From NCBI GenBank assembly GCA_017445245.1, contig JAFSUM010000012.1, forward strand, positions 10,067 through 74,066: a stretch of 64,000 bases of DNA, in the 5' to 3' direction. Shown here in pieces: positions 32,747 through 42,538 of this stretch (positions are counted from its first letter, which is position 1; each line of letters starts with the position of its first letter). Source of the DNA: Bacilli bacterium (GTDB taxonomy: Bacteria; Bacillota_I; Bacilli_A; RFN20; CAG-826). A program made the translations under genes and the position numbers. The notes under the pieces are model-generated. The model was not told where the DNA came from and searched no databases. It saw only the letters and a program-made list of their open reading frames with translations.

Positions 32747-35700
32747 ATGGCTAGAAAAGCTTCTGTCACTTCCAAGCGTTTTGCCGATTTTGACAAGTTC
32801 AAAGAAGCTGTTTTTATCATCGATGCCGCTACATTGGATCCTCTATATTTCAACGCGGCTTTTGAGCGGCTCCACGCCGACATGAAAGACCGCCTGCCGG
32901 ACTTCGATGATCGTTTTTTGGATGCAAAGACGCATGCCGAAGTCATCGAGGGCAAAGAATGCATCGTTCAGACTTTCGAACGGATCCCTCCTTTTCACGA
33001 GCAAATCGACACCCATGACGTTCGTGTCGCGGTCGCTGACGTAGAAGAAATCCTCTTGACCAAAGTACGCGATGATTCGATTAGCCCCTCCCGTCTTTTG
33101 AGCTCTTTTGACCCCGTAGTCAACCTTATCGTCTACCGCGCGGTGGAATTCTTCGGGTGCAGCGCAGCCTTTTTGATTCTTCCCCCGAAAGATAAAAGCG
33201 GCGAATCCGAAATCTACCGCTATAGCCGTGGAAAAAAGACCGAGCCCACCGCCTCTCGTTTCGTGTTGAGCAGTTTCATCCGCGAATATCACGACTTGTT
33301 GTTCACCCACGGGTATTCCATCCTCACCGATCACGTCGAGGAGGTACGAACTGCCGATCCGCGCTTCGATGGTTTCCTTCGGGAGACGAAAGCCCATTCC
33401 ATGGTCACCGTTCCCTTTTTCGCGGGCGGCAAACTCGTCGGTTACCTCTCCTTAATCAACTATGCGAAAAAAGATGGCAAAAAAGACCTTTTCTTCGCCG
33501 ACTATGTCGCTAACTCTATCGGTTCGATATTTTATCGAAGCGGGCTCTATCGAAAGATTTTTCTAGACGAGACCACCAATCTCCCATGGGTCTCCTCCAT
33601 CGCGCAAGCCTATCCCTCTTTCATTGCCAAAAATGCCGAAATGCCGATTTCGATCATCGAATTCGATTATCTACATTTCCGCATGATTGCCCGTGCCTAT
33701 GGGTCCGAAACTGCTGAAGCCATTCTCAGCAAAACCGCCGATGTCTTGCGTTCAATCTATCCCGAATCCCTTCTAGCCCGTAAAAACGGGACCGATGTCT
33801 TTCTTGTCGTAACGCCAGGCATCGCCGACGCCGTGACGATGGAAGTTGGCCATATCGGGGAGGAAATACAAAAAGAATTCGCAGGAATCATGGTGACCCT
33901 CTGCTTTGGCGTCTACCAAGTCAAAGACACGAAAGAAGAATTCGATTCCGCGATTTTGAAGGCTGCCCTCGCGCATCGGCGCGCCAAAGGGGATCCCTTC
34001 CACCGCATCCGCATTTTCGATGAGGAAATGGACCGGAAAGAAGCACTATCCGTTTATTATGCGAACCGTTTCCGCCAATCTGTGGAAGAAGACGATTTCC
34101 ATATCTTCATCCAGCCAAAGTACAATCTTGAAAAAGAAGCGTTCTTCGGCGGCGAAGTTCTCGTCCGTTGGAAACTCAATGGCCAATTCGTCCCACCGAA
34201 TGAGTTTATCCCCCAGTTTGAAGCCAATGGTCTCACCCACGACCTTGATCTTCACGTTTTGGAAAAGACATGTGCCATTCTTGCCGGGTGGCTGAAGGAA
34301 ACACCCGAGAAAGCGGTCCCGCTCTCCGTGAATTTCTCACGCGTCGATTTCGCGGACCCCCACCTGTTCGAATCCATTTTGGCCATTATCGAAAAAGCCG
34401 ATATCCCTCACGAATACATCGAAATCGAAATCACCGAATCCGCCTACGTAGAATACGAAGAGCAGATCATCTCCTTCATCCAAAAATGCCACGCGACCAA
34501 CATCAAAGTCCTCATGGACGATTTCGGTTCGGGCATTTCTTCCTTCAACTCGCTGAAGAATCTCGACATCGACTGCATCAAGCTCGACTACAAGTTCCTT
34601 TCCAAAGGCGGCGACAATCGCAAAAAACGCAAAATCATCGAAGGCATCGTTTCCATCGCCCGCTCGATCAGTCTTCCCGTCGTCATCGAAGGCGTCGAAA
34701 CCGCGACGGAGGCGGCATTCTTCCGCGCGATGGGCGTGCGCTATGTTCAGGGCTATCTCTTCGGGAAACCGATGCCCGTCGAAGAATTCGAAGGCCTGAC
34801 AAACCGTTCGATCGGTAGTTCCTTCGAAAACGGCGACGATTCGCGCTTATTGCTTAACGAGTTCCTCGACGCGAACTCCAACCTCAATTTCTTCTTTGCC
34901 CACGTCGATACGCTAGCCGCCATTTATCGCTTCGACGGACAAGGCCTTTATCCCGTCCTCATCAACCGCAAATTAGAACAGACCATCGCCATCTACGGTG
35001 CCGTTTCGAATTTCCTTCGGCAGGACCTCCTCTCCTTCTTCGATAAAGAAAAGGCGGACGAAATCCGTGCCTGCTTGACCGCGCCCCACCGCAACTACGT
35101 CTTCTCTGAAAAGAACATTTACATGTTCCATTACGGGACCCATGTGATCCCCTTCTACATGCAAGGATTGCTCATTCAGTCCGAGACCGACGGCAACCGC
35201 TACTACCTTTTCACCGCAAGCCAAGTCCAGCAGGACGAAAAACCCTTATTGCAGGAAGGGACCGAATCCCTCGAATGGCTTCTTACATCAACGATTCAAG
35301 GATGCGCCATCATCGACAAAAACGGCAATATCCTCACCCACAACCAGTTCCTTAAAAAGTATTACCCCTCCATCGCGGTCGGCGAAAACGCGGAAGATCT
35401 TTTCCGGCATCGCTTCGATAACGAGGTCAATCTCCACCGCGTTTATCTTCCCGAACAAGAAATGGTTTTTGACGTGGCGGTCCGCCGTCTCGATTACCAT
35501 GGCCAGAAAGCGTCCCTTCTCATTTTCTCCGAACTCGGTAATCCCGGCTCCTATATCTCGGAAATCGGGGGAGATGGTTTCAAATTCTACGACCGTCTCG
35601 TCTCCACCATGAATACGGTCGCGGTCTGTTATGTCGAAATCGACCTCGACACCGATTCTTTCTTCCAAATCAACTTCAAAGATCACGAGAATTTTGTCTA

Positions 35701-36439
35701 TCACGACGCGATTAACCGCGGTTCGTATACCGGGAATCTCTATCAGCGCTTCCTCTCTTCCGTGACCGAAGCCGAATTGCCCGAGGTGCGTGAGCGGATG
35801 CGCCTAGACAATCTCATCGAAGCCTGTAAGGCAATGTCCCCCTTCACCATCGGATATAAATTGAACTATGGCGGGCTCTATCATCGCCTCACCACGAAAT
35901 TCTATTTCGACAAAGGCCATCACTATGCCTGTTTCTTCCTCGAAGATACAACAGGCGAGCGCCTTCGTGACTTCGATACTTTGACCGCATGTTTGACCAG
36001 GCGCGCCGGCATCGATTTGATGGAACGCCACATCAACGAGCACCCACTCAATCAGATGGCTTTCTTTATTCTCGACCTCGATTCGTTCAAGAAACTGAAT
36101 GACACCTACGGCCACCCACTAGGCGACCGCGTCCTCTCAAAAATTCACGAGGCCTTCGAGCGCTTGCCCTCTACCTATATTTATCCGACCCGTATGGGCG
36201 GCGACGAATTCTGCCTTCTCCTAGAAGACCGTGGCGAGCATTTCAAAACGGACGATGCACGTCTTCTCATTGACGACGCCCTGCGCAACATCGGCCACGA
36301 AGTCGGCCTTAACAAGGAAATACACGCTTCGATCGGATGTGCCCTCATCCCCGAGGACGGCACGACCATCCAAACCGTCTATCCCAAAGCCGATACCGAC
36401 CTCTATAACCAGAAGAAAAAACGAAAGGCCAAACGGTAA
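32747..36439 (+). CDS. Multidomain c-di-GMP signalling protein: sensor (PAS/GAF-like), degenerate GGDEF, EAL, PAS-like region, GGDEF
   Basis: 1230 aa. EAL signatures EIEITES, DDFGSGISS, VVIEGVET and QGYLFGKP. Central GGDEF is degenerate (RKNGTDVF). C-terminal GGDEF is intact (RMGGDEFCLL). Confidence 0.85.
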   Translation: MARKASVTSKRFADFDKFKEAVFIIDAATLDPLYFNAAFERLHADMKDRLPDFDDRFLDAKTHAEVIEGKECIVQTFERIPPFHEQIDTHDVRVAVADVEEILLTKVRDDSISPSRLLSSFDPVVNLIVYRAVEFFGCSAAFLILPPKDKSGESEIYRYSRGKKTEPTASRFVLSSFIREYHDLLFTHGYSILTDHVEEVRTADPRFDGFLRETKAHSMVTVPFFAGGKLVGYLSLINYAKKDGKKDLFFADYVANSIGSIFYRSGLYRKIFLDETTNLPWVSSIAQAYPSFIAKNAEMPISIIEFDYLHFRMIARAYGSETAEAILSKTADVLRSIYPESLLARKNGTDVFLVVTPGIADAVTMEVGHIGEEIQKEFAGIMVTLCFGVYQVKDTKEEFDSAILKAALAHRRAKGDPFHRIRIFDEEMDRKEALSVYYANRFRQSVEEDDFHIFIQPKYNLEKEAFFGGEVLVRWKLNGQFVPPNEFIPQFEANGLTHDLDLHVLEKTCAILAGWLKETPEKAVPLSVNFSRVDFADPHLFESILAIIEKADIPHEYIEIEITESAYVEYEEQIISFIQKCHATNIKVLMDDFGSGISSFNSLKNLDIDCIKLDYKFLSKGGDNRKKRKIIEGIVSIARSISLPVVIEGVETATEAAFFRAMGVRYVQGYLFGKPMPVEEFEGLTNRSIGSSFENGDDSRLLLNEFLDANSNLNFFFAHVDTLAAIYRFDGQGLYPVLINRKLEQTIAIYGAVSNFLRQDLLSFFDKEKADEIRACLTAPHRNYVFSEKNIYMFHYGTHVIPFYMQGLLIQSETDGNRYYLFTASQVQQDEKPLLQEGTESLEWLLTSTIQGCAIIDKNGNILTHNQFLKKYYPSIAVGENAEDLFRHRFDNEVNLHRVYLPEQEMVFDVAVRRLDYHGQKASLLIFSELGNPGSYISEIGGDGFKFYDRLVSTMNTVAVCYVEIDLDTDSFFQINFKDHENFVYHDAINRGSYTGNLYQRFLSSVTEAELPEVRERMRLDNLIEACKAMSPFTIGYKLNYGGLYHRLTTKFYFDKGHHYACFFLEDTTGERLRDFDTLTACLTRRAGIDLMERHINEHPLNQMAFFILDLDSFKKLNDTYGHPLGDRVLSKIHEAFERLPSTYIYPTRMGGDEFCLLLEDRGEHFKTDDARLLIDDALRNIGHEVGLNKEIHASIGCALIPEDGTTIQTVYPKADTDLYNQKKKRKAKR

Positions 36440-36441
36440 AA

Positions 36442-36475
36442 GAAAAGATCGCCCAATCATGGACGATCTCTTTTC
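36442..36475. terminator. Hairpin between convergent genes (likely bidirectional terminator)
   Basis: GAAAAGATCG-N12-CGATCTCTTTTC, with T-rich tracts on both strands. Confidence 0.45.
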
Positions 36476-38131
36476 TTATAGTCTAGCGGCGACCGCGTCG
36501 AGGCGAGCGCAGGTCTTTTCCTTGCCAAGAATTCCTAGGATCTCGTAGAGGTTCGGAGACTGGTTCGTTCCGACGATCGCGACGCGAAGGGCTTCGGCAC
36601 AGTCAGAGACAGAACCGACGTAAGCTTCCGGATTCGCCTTGTAGTCCTTATTGGAGGTGGCATAGCCGTGCTTCGCACCAATTTCCTTTAAGGCCTCGAA
36701 CCACTGCTGCTCATCCGTGCCAAACGGCAGGTTCTTGCAGTCGAGGAGCAAGGAAGCGAGTGCCTTCTTATCCCCTTCCTTAAAGGGAAGGCCGGCTTCG
36801 AGAATCTTTGCGTATTCCTCATCGAAGAAGAAACGGATTAACGGATAGATATCCGCGAATTTCGCGTAGTCTTTGCGCGGATTTTTGCGGTCTTTTTCGA
36901 TATTGAGGATCTTTTTGACGTATTCGGGATCCCGCTCGATTTGGGCATTGAGGGCCTCGTCATGTCCCTTGGCGTATTCCTTGACCAACTCGAATTCTTC
37001 TTCAAGAGGCATCCTGGCGATGATTTCCTTGGAGAAATAGTTGAGCTTATCCTGGTCGAAGAGGGCACCTTCGAGAGCGATCTTCTTGATGGAGAACGGG
37101 AAGGCCGAAAGATCGAACGACTTGTGGGCGATGGTCCACTCCTCGAAGTTGGAGTTGGCAATCGACATGAGATAGACCAAGAGAGCCTGGGTCGGATATC
37201 CCTGTTCCAAGAAATAGGAGACAGCGGCTTCGGGGTCTTTGCGCTTGGAAAGTTTCCTCTTGTTGCCGTGATCGAGCTTCATGATGGAAGGGATGTGCGC
37301 ATATTTGGGGGCTTTCCAACCAAGAGCGCGGAACATATCCAAATGAATCGGGGTCGAAGGAATCCATTCTTCGCCGCGGGTAATCATCGTCGTGCGCATG
37401 AAATGGTCATCGACGACGTGGGCAAAGTGATAGGTCGGAAGTCCATCCGACTTCAAAATGACGACATCGGTGTCGTTGTCCTGAAGTTCGATTTCGCCGC
37501 GAATCGCATCGACGAATTTCGTCTTGCGTTCATGGTCGCCTTCAGAACGGAAACGGATAACCCAAGGGGTGCCGGCATTAATACGCGCGACGCGTTCTTC
37601 GTTAGAAAGATTACGGTCGCGGGCATAGACGCCATAGTAGCCGGGAAGAACCTTGCTCTCTTCCTGCGCTTTGCGGATGGCATCGAGGTCTTCGGGGGTG
37701 CAGAAGTCAGGATAGGCCCTGCCCTTGCGGATGAGTTCCTTGATAACGGCCTTGTAGATGCTAGCGCGAGCACTTTGACGATAGGGACCATATTCGCCCT
37801 TATCGCCTTCGGGATAGAATCCTTCATCGGCATTGATGCCGAAATGAGCGAGCTGATCGATAAGGTCGCGTTCGCTGCCTTCGATCGTGCGCTTGGTATC
37901 CGTATCTTCAAGACGGAAGAAATAGACACCACCACTCTTTTTCGCGGTCATATAGGAAATCATCGAGGTGAATAAGGACCCCGTATGGAGGAAGCCCGTC
38001 GGCGAAGGGGCGAAACGGGTCACCTGCGCGCCCTCGGGGAGGGAACGCGGTGGATATTTCGCTTCGAGTTCGTCGATGCTCGTCTTGATTTCAGGGAATA
38101 ACAATTCCGCGAGTTCTTCATTCGTAACCAT
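36476..38131 (-). CDS. gltX: Glutamate--tRNA ligase
   Basis: 551 aa. Class I motifs PSPTGFLHTGSL (HIGH-type) and KLSKRK (KMSKS-type). Confidence 0.85.
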   Translation of the reverse strand: MVTNEELAELLFPEIKTSIDELEAKYPPRSLPEGAQVTRFAPSPTGFLHTGSLFTSMISYMTAKKSGGVYFFRLEDTDTKRTIEGSERDLIDQLAHFGINADEGFYPEGDKGEYGPYRQSARASIYKAVIKELIRKGRAYPDFCTPEDLDAIRKAQEESKVLPGYYGVYARDRNLSNEERVARINAGTPWVIRFRSEGDHERKTKFVDAIRGEIELQDNDTDVVILKSDGLPTYHFAHVVDDHFMRTTMITRGEEWIPSTPIHLDMFRALGWKAPKYAHIPSIMKLDHGNKRKLSKRKDPEAAVSYFLEQGYPTQALLVYLMSIANSNFEEWTIAHKSFDLSAFPFSIKKIALEGALFDQDKLNYFSKEIIARMPLEEEFELVKEYAKGHDEALNAQIERDPEYVKKILNIEKDRKNPRKDYAKFADIYPLIRFFFDEEYAKILEAGLPFKEGDKKALASLLLDCKNLPFGTDEQQWFEALKEIGAKHGYATSNKDYKANPEAYVGSVSDCAEALRVAIVGTNQSPNLYEILGILGKEKTCARLDAVAARL

Positions 38132-38193
38132 AATTTTTTGGCCTTCTTTCTTCGCGCGAGGTGATTATAGCTATCGAGAAGTAAAACTTCTAC

Positions 38194-38223
38194 TTGAAAC
38201 GCAGAAAATGCTCGTCCTATAAT
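38194..38223 (+). promoter_or_regulatory. Sigma70-type promoter for tRNA-Gly(GCC)
   Basis: TTGAAA (38194-38199), an 18-nt spacer, then TATAAT (38218-38223). It lies 28 nt upstream of the tRNA 5' end. Confidence 0.5.
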
Positions 38224-38251
38224 ATGCCCGTTCCCCTTCCGGGGCACACAT

Positions 38252-38325
38252 GCAGGTGTAGTTCAATGGTAGAACATTACCTTGCCAAGGTAAATACGCG
38301 GGTCCGATTCCCGTCACTTGCTCCA
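38252..38325 (+). tRNA. trnG: tRNA-Gly (anticodon GCC)
   Basis: GCAGGTGTAGTTCAATGGTAGAACATTACCTTGCCAAGGTAA..GGGTCCGATTCCCGTCACTTGCTCCA. Confidence 0.9.
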
Positions 38326-38336
38326 ACTGCTCAAAT

Positions 38337-38364
38337 ACCGGCCTAGCGCCGGTTTTCGTTTCTT
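38337..38364 (+). terminator. Rho-independent terminator after tRNA-Gly(GCC)
   Basis: ACCGGC-CTAGC-GCCGGT followed by TTTCGTTTCTT. Confidence 0.55.
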
Positions 38365-38395
38365 ATGCGCGTGCGTAAATAAATATAAAGAACGG

Positions 38396-39394
38396 CTATT
38401 TCTTTTCGTCCTCGTCCAGAGGCGGTTTCATCTTATCCAGCTCTTCGCGCATCCTCGCGAGTTCGTCTTCTCCCACGCGACCCGTGCTGGCAAAACTCGC
38501 GTAGATTTTCTTCGATCCCTCATAGAAGGCCACCGAAATGGCTTTCTGATGATCGAAAGCAAAAGCGACATGAAGGTAGATGATTAACGGAAGGTAAAGG
38601 GAAAGAAGAAACGAGAAGGCGAGGAGTCCAAAGAAAAGGCTAAAACGAATCGGAACGCCCATCCCAAAGCAGATACCGCTCGTCGTGGCCCCAAGAAGAA
38701 TGGAGACTAAAGGCAACGGCAAAAACGGAGCGCGCGTCATCGCCCATTCTTTCGAAACGGCCCTTCGGTAGTAGCCATAGTAGAAATTGGCCAGACGCGG
38801 ATGGTCCAAATGGAAAGCGTTCCTAAGGATACCATTTTGTACATATCGGCCCATGAATAGCCAAAAGAAGAAGACGATGCTAAACCCGAGGACGATTTCC
38901 GAAACGTCGTACATGGTCTGAAATAAGGGTGTCTGGGCCATCGTCGCCGAAGCGCCTTCATAATCACCCCCACTGATGGCAGCGGAGATGCTTTCGGCAG
39001 CAGAAGCGAAGGTGGGATCAACGGAAAGGGCGATCATATAGAAAGCGATGATGAAGAAAAAGACGGTACCAGCACTAGCCAAAAACGCGAAGAACCCATT
39101 CATCAAAAAGCGATATACGCCAAGGCAAGGAATCCTAAAATACGCCGCAAATCCACGGGTAATTATGCGCGTATCCGCCTCTTTTCCCGTTAAGGAAGAA
39201 CCGAGATACTGGGTCGATGCGAATAGGGTTGGCAAGAAGAACAACGCGATTCCCGCCAGAATCCCTAGAGGCTCTAAAAGAGAAAGGGCGGCTGAGCAGG
39301 CACAGACGATAAAGAGCACGAGCGAAACCGGCACCCATTCACCGGGGCGGGTCGAATATGCCTCGAAGGCCTTTTTCCTAGCAGGATTAGCCAT
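38396..39394 (-). CDS. Hypothetical polytopic membrane protein
   Basis: About 332 aa from the ATG at 39394, with about 6 TM helices and an acidic C-terminal tail. 8-nt overlap with the upstream gene. Confidence 0.55.
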   Translation of the reverse strand: MANPARKKAFEAYSTRPGEWVPVSLVLFIVCACSAALSLLEPLGILAGIALFFLPTLFASTQYLGSSLTGKEADTRIITRGFAAYFRIPCLGVYRFLMNGFFAFLASAGTVFFFIIAFYMIALSVDPTFASAAESISAAISGGDYEGASATMAQTPLFQTMYDVSEIVLGFSIVFFFWLFMGRYVQNGILRNAFHLDHPRLANFYYGYYRRAVSKEWAMTRAPFLPLPLVSILLGATTSGICFGMGVPIRFSLFFGLLAFSFLLSLYLPLIIYLHVAFAFDHQKAISVAFYEGSKKIYASFASTGRVGEDELARMREELDKMKPPLDEDEKK

Positions 39395-40007
39395 CGCTTT
39401 CATTGAGGGCCGCGAAGTCGCGGGCAGCTACGGCGACAGAACGTTCGTCGAGAGGATCGACATCACGCGCCTCGAGCTGGTCGATTAGTTTTGGAAAATC
39501 GCGCAACGAGACCAAAAAGGAATCGTCCGATGTTCCCTTAAGTGGAGTCAAAAGGCAGTCGTCGTTAATCAAGACAATGGAAATGAAGAATTTCTCTTCG
39601 ATTCCGGACATCAGGGACAAACGCTGCAAACGTAGTTTGTTGACCATCATCGGATTCTTGATGTATTCGGTCTTTTTCTTATGGAAGAAAATCCAACTTT
39701 CATCTTCTTCTTTCGCCGCCAAGGCACCGTCATAATAACGGTCGCGGATACAGTAAAAATACTTATTCCCAAAAAGGATGTGGTCGATATGGAATTCTTC
39801 GAGGTCGGCGGTGCGGTTGGCAAATTTGTTCACCAAAAAGAAATCGCGTTCCAAAGCAACCCGGTAGACTTTGTGATAATAGGAACGAACCGTGTGATAT
39901 TTATAGAAAAACCGCTTGATCGGAGCGTAGAGGAACCACGTAAGGAATAGCAAGAAAACGGCAGAGGCACAGACGACAAAAAGGACGAACTCGACCTCTT
40001 TGGGCAT
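39387..40007 (-). CDS. NERD-like domain protein with N-terminal TM anchor
   Basis: 206 aa. FHIDHILFGNKYFYCIRDRYYDG resembles the NERD core. 1-nt overlap with the deoD stop. Confidence 0.5.
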   Translation of the reverse strand: MPKEVEFVLFVVCASAVFLLFLTWFLYAPIKRFFYKYHTVRSYYHKVYRVALERDFFLVNKFANRTADLEEFHIDHILFGNKYFYCIRDRYYDGALAAKEEDESWIFFHKKKTEYIKNPMMVNKLRLQRLSLMSGIEEKFFISIVLINDDCLLTPLKGTSDDSFLVSLRDFPKLIDQLEARDVDPLDERSVAVAARDFAALNESDG

Positions 40008-40726
40008 TAGCAGAACCTTTCGGCGGCTCCGATTGCGATTTCAATCATCTCGGAGAGGCCGGTCTGGCGCTGCTCGGGAGTGAGGATCCCGTCTTCGACG
40101 AAAGAGTCGGACATCGTGAGAATGGCAAGGGCACGCTTGCCGCAGAGGGCGGCGTTGATATAGAGGGTATAGGCTTCCATTTCGACGCAGGAGATGCCAA
40201 GCTGCGCCCAGCGCTTCCACACTTCTTTGTCGTAGTTATAGAAGATGTCGGAAGAGAGGACGTTTCCGCAGATGGCGCGGGAGCCACGCTCTTTCGCGAC
40301 GCGATAAGCTTCGCTTAACAACTCATAGTCGGCGATAGCGCTAAGGGTGCCGCCATGGAGATCGAACTGGGCGGGCCAATTCGAATCGGTGCAGGCACCT
40401 TGGGCGAGGACGATATCGTTGAGATGGACTTTGCCGGTATAGGAGCCGGCGGTGCCGATGCGGATGATCGCATCGACGTCATAGTGGTTGAAGAGTTCGC
40501 GGGAATAGATACCGATGGAGGGTTGACCCATACCGGAGGCCATGACGGAAATGCGCTTCCCGTTTTTGGTATAACCGGTATAGCCGTTGATGCCGCGGAC
40601 GGTATTGACGAGAACCGCATCCTTGAGGAAGGTTTCCGCAATCCATTTGGCGCGCATGGGATCGCCAGGCATCAAGACGACTTTGGCGAAGGCGCCGACG
40701 GGGGCATTATTGTGAGGTGTTGGCAT
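40007..40726 (-). CDS. deoD: Purine nucleoside phosphorylase, DeoD type
   Basis: 239 aa. VLMPGDPMRAKWIAE, SVMASGMGQPSIGIYSREL and CVEMEAY. Confidence 0.9.
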   Translation of the reverse strand: MPTPHNNAPVGAFAKVVLMPGDPMRAKWIAETFLKDAVLVNTVRGINGYTGYTKNGKRISVMASGMGQPSIGIYSRELFNHYDVDAIIRIGTAGSYTGKVHLNDIVLAQGACTDSNWPAQFDLHGGTLSAIADYELLSEAYRVAKERGSRAICGNVLSSDIFYNYDKEVWKRWAQLGISCVEMEAYTLYINAALCGKRALAILTMSDSFVEDGILTPEQRQTGLSEMIEIAIGAAERFC

Positions 40727-40744
40727 GTTTTTTCTCCTTTTGGT

Positions 40745-42520
40745 TTATTCGACGGTAACAGATTTGGCGAGATTGCGGGGTTTATCGATCGGCAGCCCTT
40801 TGGCCAAAGCGACATAATAGGCGAAATACTGCATCGCGACGACCAAGACGTTCGGGGCCAAATAAGGCTTTACGTCATTGGCGACGAACGCATCGTTTTC
40901 GTTGGCGACGGCCGCGGTCGAGAAGATGACGAGGCGTCCTTTGCGGGCACGAAGTTCTTCGAAGTTGTTGCGGATAGAACTGGAAACTTCGGGGTCGGAG
41001 ACCAAACCGACAACCAGCGTCCCCGGTTCGATTAAGGCGATTGGCCCGTGTTTTAGCTCGCCACCTGGATAGGCTTCGGCGTGGACATAGGACACTTCCT
41101 TAAGCTTCAACGCGCCTTCCATCGAGGCGAGGTAATCATAGCCGCGGCCCACAAAGAAGGCGTCGCGAACTTCCTTGCAGTCCTCCGCCAAGGCTTCGAT
41201 TTCGCCTTTTCTGGAGATGATGTTACGGATGGAATCGACGACGCGGTCGATATCGAGGACAACGCCGATTTCGTTTTCAAGCGCGGCGAATAGAAGCGCG
41301 AGGAAGCAGACTTGAGCAACGTAGGATTTCGTCGAGGCCACCGCTACTTCAAGTCCAGCGTAAAGCAAGCAGGAATACGTTGCTTTGCGTTCGATGGTCG
41401 ATCCTTTGGTATTGGTAACCGCAATCGAGATGCCATCGCGGTCATTGATGATTTTCTGGCAGCGAATGAGGTCGGCCGTCTCGCCCGATTGGGAAACGAG
41501 GACAAAGACTGTATCGCCCGTAATGTCATAGGGGTCATACGCCCATTCGGAAGCGATGGAGACCAAAACCTCTTTGCCCAAAGGACGGAAGTATTTGGCG
41601 CCCATTTTGGATGCATAATAACTAGTTCCACAGGCGAGGAAATGAATCTTCTTCGTATGGCGAAGCGTTTCGATCATCGATTCGTTGAAGGTGAAATGCT
41701 CGCCATCGAAATAATTGTCGATAAGGCGAACGACAACGCCGGGAATCTCTTCGATTTCCTTGATCATGTAATGGGGATAATCGCCGAGGTCGCTGCGGAA
41801 GGAATCGACGTTACGATGGACAAAACGAGGTTCGATTTCCACACGGCCGTTAAAAATCTTCACCTGAGTGGGCGTGAGATAGCCATAATCGCCGTCATCG
41901 ACGTCGATAAAGCGGTCGGTATAATCAACCATGGGTACGGGATCGCTGGCTAAAAGCATGCAGCCATCGCTCATGCCGATAAGTAAAGGCGAAGCCTTCT
42001 TCATGAAATAGAGGCGTTCGGGTTCGTCTTTGAACATAATCGCACAGGCATAGGAACCTTCGAGGGCTTCCATTGTCTGGGCAATCGATTCGATGACCGA
42101 GCCAGAGCGGAGATAGAAGCGTTCCAGCATATCCGCGATGACTTCGGTATCGGTTTCGGAATTAAACGAATAGCCGCGGGCTTTCAATTGGTGGGCGAGA
42201 GGGCGGAAATTCTCGATAACGCCATTATGGACGATCGAGAAAATCTTGCGCTGGGATTGGTGCGGGTGGGCGTTTTGGGCGTTAGGCTGCCCATGGGTTG
42301 CCCAACGCGTATGGGCGATACCAACCGTCGGGTGAATGTTTTCGGGCACGATTTCTTCCAACGAAGCAACGCGACCAGCGACCTTGCTAAGAATCGTCTT
42401 ACCCGATTCTGTGTAGCAGATGCCCGCAGAGTCATAGCCGCGGTATTCGAGTTTCTTAAGCCCGGAGAGCAAATAGGTTCTGAGGTCGAGCTTTCCGACC
42501 CCTCCGACAATTCCACACAT
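40745..42520 (-). CDS. glmS: Glutamine--fructose-6-phosphate aminotransferase
   Basis: 591 aa. N-terminal nucleophile MCGIVG, two SIS domains, and C-terminal NLAKSVTVE. Confidence 0.95.
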   Translation of the reverse strand: MCGIVGGVGKLDLRTYLLSGLKKLEYRGYDSAGICYTESGKTILSKVAGRVASLEEIVPENIHPTVGIAHTRWATHGQPNAQNAHPHQSQRKIFSIVHNGVIENFRPLAHQLKARGYSFNSETDTEVIADMLERFYLRSGSVIESIAQTMEALEGSYACAIMFKDEPERLYFMKKASPLLIGMSDGCMLLASDPVPMVDYTDRFIDVDDGDYGYLTPTQVKIFNGRVEIEPRFVHRNVDSFRSDLGDYPHYMIKEIEEIPGVVVRLIDNYFDGEHFTFNESMIETLRHTKKIHFLACGTSYYASKMGAKYFRPLGKEVLVSIASEWAYDPYDITGDTVFVLVSQSGETADLIRCQKIINDRDGISIAVTNTKGSTIERKATYSCLLYAGLEVAVASTKSYVAQVCFLALLFAALENEIGVVLDIDRVVDSIRNIISRKGEIEALAEDCKEVRDAFFVGRGYDYLASMEGALKLKEVSYVHAEAYPGGELKHGPIALIEPGTLVVGLVSDPEVSSSIRNNFEELRARKGRLVIFSTAAVANENDAFVANDVKPYLAPNVLVVAMQYFAYYVALAKGLPIDKPRNLAKSVTVE

Positions 42521-42538
42521 AATTCGCGACCTCCGAAA

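Noticed and set aside
36941-37975. 344-aa plus-strand ORF. The same reasoning covers 7656..8402, 12885..13640, 40355..41035, 41312..41953, 42188..42877 and 54752..55312.
   Set aside because: All lie antisense to genes with strong family signatures (gltX, trkH, the STAS-kinase gene, deoD, glmS, cdaA, the helicase gene). Long antisense ORFs are expected from the codon bias here.
38132-38251. T-box leader upstream of gltX (and of proS at 63103-63138)
   Set aside because: The gaps are 120 nt and 36 nt. I could find no specifier-loop or T-box (AGGGUGGNACCGCG-like) sequence, and the regions are too short for a typical T-box.
42521-42538. glmS ribozyme upstream of glmS
   Set aside because: The cdaA stop and the glmS start are separated by only 18 nt, which is too short for the ribozyme of about 170 nt.
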